Assembly (NCBI GenBank): GCA_934149115.1
Contig: CAKPDW010000001.1
Span: 1-52,413, forward strand
Reading direction: 5' to 3'
DNA from: an uncultured Clostridia bacterium
GTDB taxonomy: Bacteria; Bacillota; Clostridia; TANB77; CAG-508
DNA length: 52,413 bases
The notes under the pieces: generated by a model
Told to the model about the DNA's origin: nothing
Databases searched by the model: none
Seen by the model: the letters and a program-made list of their open reading frames with translations, nothing else
Shown here: positions 46,673 to 52,413 of the stretch, in pieces
How positions within the stretch are numbered: position 1 is the first letter of the stretch
Layout: every line of letters begins with the position of its first letter
Program-made: the position numbers and the translations under genes

Positions 46673-47119
46673 ATGAGAGCTGTTTTAAAAAATGAATTTT
46701 TATATGTCCCACTTTTGGTGTGGGTTTGTATTCAATGTTTTAAATTTATTGTTGATTGGATTATAAATGGTAAACCAAATTATAAAAGATTATGTGGTGC
46801 TGGTGGAATGCCTAGTTCTCATTCAGCAGTTGTTGCTACATTAACAACATTAATAGGAAAAAAATATGGACTTGATAGTGGTGTATTTGCTATTTCGTGT
46901 GTTTTTTCAGCAGTTGTTATGTATGATGCTGCTGGGGTAAGGAGAGCTGCTGGAAAACAAGCAACATTATTAAATAAGTTGATTGAAAATTCTGCTAATT
47001 CTGGAATTGTTGTTTCAGAAAAATTGGTTGAAGTTCTGGGACATACACCATTTCAGGTTTTAGTTGGTGCTTTATTAGGAATATCAGTTGGATTACTATA
47101 TGGATTTTTTAATATGTAA
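46673..47119 (+). CDS. Divergent PAP2 / DUF212 (YuiD-like) membrane protein
   Basis: GGMPSSHSA motif and 3-4 TM helices, at the size typical of the family. Confidence 0.75.
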   Translation: MRAVLKNEFLYVPLLVWVCIQCFKFIVDWIINGKPNYKRLCGAGGMPSSHSAVVATLTTLIGKKYGLDSGVFAISCVFSAVVMYDAAGVRRAAGKQATLLNKLIENSANSGIVVSEKLVEVLGHTPFQVLVGALLGISVGLLYGFFNM

Positions 47120-47136
47120 GAAAATTGGAGGTAATT

Positions 47137-48798
47137 ATGGGAGATATTGAAATAGCTAGGAGTATTGAACCTAAAAAGATTCAAGATATTGCAAAAAAAT
47201 TAAATATTTCAGATGAGTATATAGAACAATATGGGAAGTATAAAGCAAAAATCTTAGAAAAATATATGAATGAATTAAATGATAGAAATAGTGCTAAATT
47301 AATATTAGTGACAGCAATTAATCCAACGCCTTTAGGTGAAGGAAAAACAACTGTATCTATCGGATTAACAGATGCATTAAATAAGATAGAAAAAAAATCA
47401 ATTGTTACACTGAGAGAACCTTCACTTGGACCTGTATTTGGTATAAAAGGTGGAGCAACTGGTGGTGGATATGCACAAGTAATTCCAATGGAAGATATAA
47501 ATTTACATTTTACTGGGGATATTCATGCTATTACATCAGCAAATAATTTATTATCTGCTATGATTGATAATCATTTATATTTTGGAAATAAATTAAATAT
47601 AAAAACAGTAACTTGGAAAAGATGTCTTGATTTGAATGATAGATCTTTAAGAAAAATTGAAATAGGTCTTTCAAATGAAAAGAGAATGGTTAAAAGAGAA
47701 GATGGATTTGATATAAGTGTTGCTTCTGAAATTATGGCTATTTTTTGCTTGGCAAAAGATCTAGATGATTTAGAAAGAAGATTGGGAAATATTATTATTG
47801 GATACAATTATGATGATGAACCAGTTTTTGCAAAGGATTTAAAAGCAGAAGGTGCTATGACGGTATTGTTAAAAGATGCTTTTAATCCTAATTTAGTACA
47901 GACTTTGGAAGAAAATCCTGCAATTATTCATGGTGGACCTTTTGCTAATATTGCACATGGATGTAATAGTGTTGTGGCAACAAAAATGGCAATGAAAATG
48001 AGTGATTATGTTGTTACAGAAGCTGGATTTGGTGCTGATCTTGGTGCAGAAAAGTTTTTTGATATAAAATGCAGAAAAGCTGGAATCGTACCAGACTGTG
48101 TAGTATGTGTTGCTACTATAAAAGCTTTGAAATATCATGGAGGACAACCAATTGACGATATTCAAAACGAGAATTTAGATTGTTTAGAAAATGGAATTGG
48201 TAATTTATTGAAACATGTTGATAATATAAAAAATAAATTTAAGGTTCCAGTTGTAGTTGCTTTAAATAGATTTAATCAAGATACAGAAAATGAGATTACT
48301 TTATTAGAGCAAAAGTTAAATGAAGTTGGTGTGCAAATGAGTGTTGCTGAAGTTTGGGGCAAAGGCTCAGATGGAGCAATTGATTTAGCTAATAAAGTTG
48401 TTGAATTATCAAAAGAAAAAAATAATTTTGAGTACATATATCAATTAAAAGATTCTATTGAAGAAAAGATAAGAGCTGTTGCACAAAAAATATATGGTGC
48501 TCAGGATGTTGAATTTTCTGATGAAGCTTTAGAAGAAATAGATAGAATTAAAAAAATGGGATATGATACTTATCCAGTGTGTATTGCTAAAACTCAGTAT
48601 TCTTTTTCTGATAATGCTAAAAATTTGGAATGTAAAGAACCATTTAATATTCATGTTAGAGAAATAAATTTAAAAAATGGTGCAGAATTTATTGTGGCAA
48701 TTACTGGAAAAATATTTACAATGCCTGGATTACCAGAAAAACCATCTGCTGAAAAGATTGGATTAGATGATTATGAGAATATAGTTGGATTATTTTAA
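47137..48798 (+). CDS. fhs: Formate--tetrahydrofolate ligase
   Basis: SDIEIA-type N-terminus (GDIEIARS), PTPLGEGKTT P-loop, and full-length colinearity. ATG 47137 lies 5 nt after GGAGG. Confidence 0.95.
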   Translation: MGDIEIARSIEPKKIQDIAKKLNISDEYIEQYGKYKAKILEKYMNELNDRNSAKLILVTAINPTPLGEGKTTVSIGLTDALNKIEKKSIVTLREPSLGPVFGIKGGATGGGYAQVIPMEDINLHFTGDIHAITSANNLLSAMIDNHLYFGNKLNIKTVTWKRCLDLNDRSLRKIEIGLSNEKRMVKREDGFDISVASEIMAIFCLAKDLDDLERRLGNIIIGYNYDDEPVFAKDLKAEGAMTVLLKDAFNPNLVQTLEENPAIIHGGPFANIAHGCNSVVATKMAMKMSDYVVTEAGFGADLGAEKFFDIKCRKAGIVPDCVVCVATIKALKYHGGQPIDDIQNENLDCLENGIGNLLKHVDNIKNKFKVPVVVALNRFNQDTENEITLLEQKLNEVGVQMSVAEVWGKGSDGAIDLANKVVELSKEKNNFEYIYQLKDSIEEKIRAVAQKIYGAQDVEFSDEALEEIDRIKKMGYDTYPVCIAKTQYSFSDNAKNLECKEPFNIHVREINLKNGAEFIVAITGKIFTMPGLPEKPSAEKIGLDDYENIVGLF

Positions 48799-48851
48799 AA
48801 AAATGAATAAAGGAACTTTCTTTTGAAATACTATAGATAGGTGATATAGTA

Positions 48852-49508
48852 ATGAAAAAGAAAGTTTTATTTATTTTTTTAATAATATTAATTATATTAA
48901 CAACATGTTTTAGTGTTTTAGCTACATCGAAAAGAGGGTCTAGTGGTAGTGAAGTTAGACAAATACAAGAAAAATTAAAGAGATGGGGATATTATTCTGG
49001 AAGTATAGATGGAGTTTATGGAAGTGGAACGGAAGCTGCTGTGAAAAAATTTCAAAGGGCTAATGGTTTAAAAGCTGATGGAATTGCTGGAAAAGCTACA
49101 TTAAATGCTATGGGAATTAATTCAAGTAGTTCTAGTTCAGGAACTGGTGGTTCAAGTAGTAATGAATTAGCTCTGCTTAGTAGAGTAGTTTATTCAGAGG
49201 CTAGAGGAGAACCATATGTGGGACAAGTTGCTGTTGCAGCAATTGTTTTAAATAGAGTTTCACATTCATCTTTTCCAAATTCAGTTGCTGGTGTAGTGTA
49301 TCAATCAGGAGCTTTTGATGCAGTATCAGATGGTCAGATTAATTTGACTCCTGATGCCACAGCTAGAAAAGCTGCACAAGATGCAATAAATGGTTGGGAT
49401 CCTACTTATGGTTGTATTTATTATTTTAATCCAAGTACTGCAACAAGCAAATGGATTTGGTCAAGACCACAAGTGCTTACAATTGGTAAACATATTTTTT
49501 GTAAATAA
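48852..49508 (+). CDS. sleB: Spore cortex-lytic enzyme SleB-type cell wall hydrolase
   Basis: Signal peptide; PG_binding_1 repeat (GSEVRQIQEKLKRWGYYSGSIDGVYGSGTEAAVKKFQRANGLKADGIAG); Hydrolase_2 domain (LLSRVVYSEARGEPYVGQVAVAAIVLNRV...YQSGAFDAV). Confidence 0.8.
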   Translation: MKKKVLFIFLIILIILTTCFSVLATSKRGSSGSEVRQIQEKLKRWGYYSGSIDGVYGSGTEAAVKKFQRANGLKADGIAGKATLNAMGINSSSSSSGTGGSSSNELALLSRVVYSEARGEPYVGQVAVAAIVLNRVSHSSFPNSVAGVVYQSGAFDAVSDGQINLTPDATARKAAQDAINGWDPTYGCIYYFNPSTATSKWIWSRPQVLTIGKHIFCK

Positions 49509-49524
49509 AAGTTTTGTTTATTTG

Positions 49525-49598
49525 ATAATTTAATAATATATTGTTTTGAAATTTATTTATAACTATGCAATTGGATAAACAGTATATTATTAAATTAT
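49525..49598. repeat. Long inverted repeat (about 22-nt arms, 30-nt spacer) just downstream of sleB
   Basis: ATAATTTAATAATATATTGTTT (49525-49546) faces AAACAGTATATTATTAAATTAT (49577-49598) with one mismatch. Confidence 0.7.
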
Positions 49599-49635
49599 AT
49601 GTTACATAGAGGTAATATGGGCTTTTTCAGGGGAT

Positions 49636-49664
49636 TTGACAAATTTGTAAAAACATAGTATAAT
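49636..49664 (+). promoter_or_regulatory. Perfect consensus sigma-A promoter about 510 nt upstream of rnj
   Basis: TTGACA at 49636-49641, a 17-nt spacer, and TATAAT at 49659-49664. Confidence 0.65.
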
Positions 49665-50178
49665 TTCAAATAGTTGTTATCGCAAGAGGCGATAAAGATG
49701 AGATGTATATATAAAAATAAAAGAGATAATTGTTCGGAGTAAAATTGAATATGAGATGAAAAACAATAATTAAATTATTGTTTATGTTTGTGTTATTTAA
49801 ATTATTTTATATGGTGTGTAAATAAGATTATTTATTAACAAGATAAAAAATAACAATGTATAAAATTTGCTTTGCAAATTTCGCACATGAACAAAGATAC
49901 GGATTAAAAAAGTTATAATAAGTGCGAATGTTATTGTTGTTTGCTTTTGTTTTGTAGAAAAATAATTTAAAAATACAAAAAATATAATGAACGGAAATCT
50001 AAAAATAAAATTTTTATAATAATGAATATAAAGGATAGTATATCAATACTTTGCATAGGAATTTGTTTAATCAAATTTTAGATATTTAAAAATGCAAATA
50101 TTATTTGTGTCCGTTTAATTCTAGAATAAAATTCGTAATTTATTTTGTATAACATTAAAAAATATTAAGGAGGAAAAA

Positions 50179-52107
50179 ATGGAAAATAAAGAAAAAGATA
50201 AGTCTTTAGTTAAGGAAAATGCTGTAAAAAGAGTTAATATGAGAAAAAGAAGAACTACAGCAAAACTTGTTAAAGAATCAAAGCCAAAAACAAAGACAGA
50301 GACAAAAACAAATAAAAAGGTCATAAAAAAGGAAAGAACAATAAAAGAGATAACTGAAGATTTAAAAAATGAAAAAGAGAAAAAGCAGAGAAAGCCAAGA
50401 ACAACTAGAAGTGCAAAGAAAAGAGATGATTCTAAGGATTTTGCTTTTAAAAAGGAAAAACTTAAAATAATACCATTAGGGGGATTACAAGAAATAGGAA
50501 AAAATATCACTGTATTTGAATATGGAGATGATATTGTTGTAGTTGACTGTGGTTTAGCATTTCCAGAAGATGATATGCTTGGAATTGATTTAGTTATACC
50601 TGATTTTACATATCTTGAAAGAAATCAAGATAAAATAAGAGGTTTAGTAATAACACATGGTCATGAAGATCATATTGGTGCAATACCATATTTATTACAA
50701 AAAATAAATGTTCCAATTTATGCTACTAAACTAACTGCTGGGTTAATTAGTCATAAATTAGAAGAACACAGATTATTAAAAAGTACTAAGTTAAAGGTTG
50801 TAAATCAAGGTCAAACAATAACTCTTGGAAAAATAAGAGTTGAGTTTATTAGAAGTTGTCACAGTATTCCAGATGCTGTTGCTCTTGCAATTCATACACC
50901 TGCTGGAACTGTAGTACATACAGGTGATTTTAAAATTGATTATACACCAATTGATGATGAGAGAATGGATTTTGGAAGACTTGCAGAACTTGGTAATAAA
51001 GGTGTATTAGCACTTATGTCTGATAGTACAAACTCAGAACGTAAAGGTTATACAATGTCTGAAAGTACTGTTGGAGAAGTGTTTGATAAATTATTCTTTA
51101 ACTGTACAAAAAGAATTGTAGTAGCAACATTTGCTTCAAATGTTCATAGGGTACAACAAATTGTGAATTCAGCAGTGGCTAATAATAGAAAAATTGCTGT
51201 ATGTGGAAGAAGTATGATAAATATGATTTCAACAGCAATGGAACTTGGTTATATAGATGTTCCAGAAAATGTTTTTATAGATATTGATATGATTAAAAAT
51301 TATACTGATGACCAATTAGTTATAATTACTACTGGTAGTCAGGGTGAAACAATGTCTGCTTTAACTAGAATGGCTGCTGGAGAGCATAAGAAAGTTACTA
51401 TAACTCCAAATGATTTAGTTATAATTTCTGCTAATCCTATACCTGGAAATGAGAAATATGTTGCTAAAGTAATAGATGATCTTATGAAGATTGGGGCAGA
51501 GGTTGTATATAGTTCATTAGAGGCAATACACGTTTCAGGACATGCTTGCCAAGAAGAACAAAAATTAATGTTATCTTTAGTAAGACCAAAATATTTTATA
51601 CCAGTTCATGGTGAGTATAGACAATTAATTGCTCATAGTGAAACTGCTAAAAAAGTTGGAATAAAACCAGAAAATATATTCTTAACAACAAATGGTAGAA
51701 TCTTAGAAATAAATGAAGATGAGGCTGGATTAACTGGAACAGTTCCATTTGGTAAAGTAATGGTTGATGGACTTGGTGTTGGAGATGTTGGAAATATTGT
51801 ATTAAGAGATAGACAACATTTATCACAAGATGGTTTAATAATTGTTGTAATGTCAATGGATTCAGCAACTGGTGAAATAGTTGCAGGACCAGATGTTATT
51901 TCAAGAGGATTTGTTTATGTTCGTGAATCAGAGAATTTAATGGATGATGTTAAAAGAATGTTAAGAGAAGAAGTTAAAAAATTAGAGGAACATAATGTAA
52001 GAGATTGGTCTACAATTAAATCAAGATTGAAAGATTCATTAAGAGATTATATTTTTGCTAAAACAAAAAGGAATCCAATGATATTACCAATTATAATGGA
52101 AGTTTAG
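50179..52107 (+). CDS. rnj: Ribonuclease J with a ~90-aa Lys-rich N-terminal extension
   Basis: LKIIPLGGLQEIGKN, the HGHEDHIG metallo-beta-lactamase motif, beta-CASP and C-terminal domains. A strong AAGGAGG SD is present. Confidence 0.93.
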   Translation: MENKEKDKSLVKENAVKRVNMRKRRTTAKLVKESKPKTKTETKTNKKVIKKERTIKEITEDLKNEKEKKQRKPRTTRSAKKRDDSKDFAFKKEKLKIIPLGGLQEIGKNITVFEYGDDIVVVDCGLAFPEDDMLGIDLVIPDFTYLERNQDKIRGLVITHGHEDHIGAIPYLLQKINVPIYATKLTAGLISHKLEEHRLLKSTKLKVVNQGQTITLGKIRVEFIRSCHSIPDAVALAIHTPAGTVVHTGDFKIDYTPIDDERMDFGRLAELGNKGVLALMSDSTNSERKGYTMSESTVGEVFDKLFFNCTKRIVVATFASNVHRVQQIVNSAVANNRKIAVCGRSMINMISTAMELGYIDVPENVFIDIDMIKNYTDDQLVIITTGSQGETMSALTRMAAGEHKKVTITPNDLVIISANPIPGNEKYVAKVIDDLMKIGAEVVYSSLEAIHVSGHACQEEQKLMLSLVRPKYFIPVHGEYRQLIAHSETAKKVGIKPENIFLTTNGRILEINEDEAGLTGTVPFGKVMVDGLGVGDVGNIVLRDRQHLSQDGLIIVVMSMDSATGEIVAGPDVISRGFVYVRESENLMDDVKRMLREEVKKLEEHNVRDWSTIKSRLKDSLRDYIFAKTKRNPMILPIIMEV

Positions 52108-52118
52108 AAAAATGTAGT

Positions 52119-52146
52119 AATACCAAGCATGTTATTGCTTGGTATT
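52119..52146 (+). terminator. Terminator-like hairpin after rnj
   Basis: AATACCAAGCA-TGTTAT-TGCTTGGTATT forms an 11-bp stem. The T tail is weak. Confidence 0.5.
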
Positions 52147-52280
52147 ATGTATTTGTTGAGATAATAAAAAAATTAGTAATAGATAAAAATAAAAATACTT
52201 AATGATTTTGTTTATTTAATGGAAGTTTGAGAAAAAATGTGATAAAATAAATGCACTTATAAATAAAAGGAGAGATTTTA

Positions 52281-52413
52281 ATGGATAGAAAAGAATTAGC
52301 AGATTTAATATTTCCAGATGTAAAGGAAGTATCATATTATGAAAAAAAATATCCTGAAAGAGATTTACCAGAAGGAGCACAAGTTGTAAGAGTTGCACCA
52401 AGTCCAACTGGTT
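52281..52413 (+). CDS. gltX: 5' fragment of glutamate--tRNA ligase (continues beyond the window)
   Basis: AAAGGAGAG SD precedes ATG 52281. The translation [44 protein letters not shown] ends at the class I (V)R(F/V)APSPTG entry to the HIGH region. This ORF is not in the track because it has no stop codon in the window. Confidence 0.8.
   Translation, partial: MDRKELADLIFPDVKEVSYYEKKYPERDLPEGAQVVRVAPSPTG

Noticed and set aside
50121-50510. 129-aa antisense ORF opposite the start of rnj, together with similar antisense ORFs at 174-476, 36881-37198 and 36984-37211
   Set aside because: These are Phe/Leu/Ser-rich mirror images of Lys/Glu-rich (AAA/GAA) coding tracts on the other strand. They have no SD and no plausible protein features.
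52108-52280. T-box leader upstream of gltX
   Set aside because: The interval is only about 170 nt, part of it is the rnj terminator hairpin, and no T-box core (AGGGTGGTACCGCG-like) is present.

Overview
AT-rich Firmicutes (Clostridia-like) chromosomal segment. Supporting markers are PolC, RemA, a SleB-type cortex hydrolase, a dockerin module and an Asp23/AmaP operon. Almost all genes are on the + strand and most are core housekeeping. In order: a CorC-type fragment; an M-box riboswitch with mgtE; mscL; a Clp ATPase; a uracil permease-UPRT fusion (- strand); pyrH-frr-uppS-cdsA-rseP-polC; recG; a TGS-uridine kinase; a U32 peptidase (- strand); two cell-surface proteins; class 3 fbp; rsmE; yicC-remA-rpoZ-gmk; priA-def-fmt; asp23-amaP-DUF2273-nusB; xseAB; fhs; sleB; rnj; and the start of gltX. 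I found no rRNA, tRNA, CRISPR array, transposase, integrase or recognisable defence system. The less ordinary observations are these. (1) A 168-nt three-hairpin intergenic repeat occurs in two near-identical copies 6.4 kb apart, with a third diverged partial copy that keeps hairpin 1 through compensatory changes. (2) A self-contained two-gene cassette encodes paralogous Cys-rich proteins (CPFCGRWH motif) of no family I recognise. (3) A roughly 2-3 kb patch centred on the polC 3' end and a DUF1294 gene switches synonymous codons from A-ending to G/T-ending. (4) The PolC OB domain is tandemly duplicated. (5) The uracil permease-UPRT fusion still carries an internal SD-ATG. (6) An RNHCP zinc-ribbon gene is frameshifted. 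(7) A dockerin-bearing peptidoglycan hydrolase sits next to a membrane-anchored cadherin-like protein. Family calls come from motif recognition by eye; no database searches were run. Starts were adjusted by SD spacing where the ORF track began at an upstream TTG or GTG.
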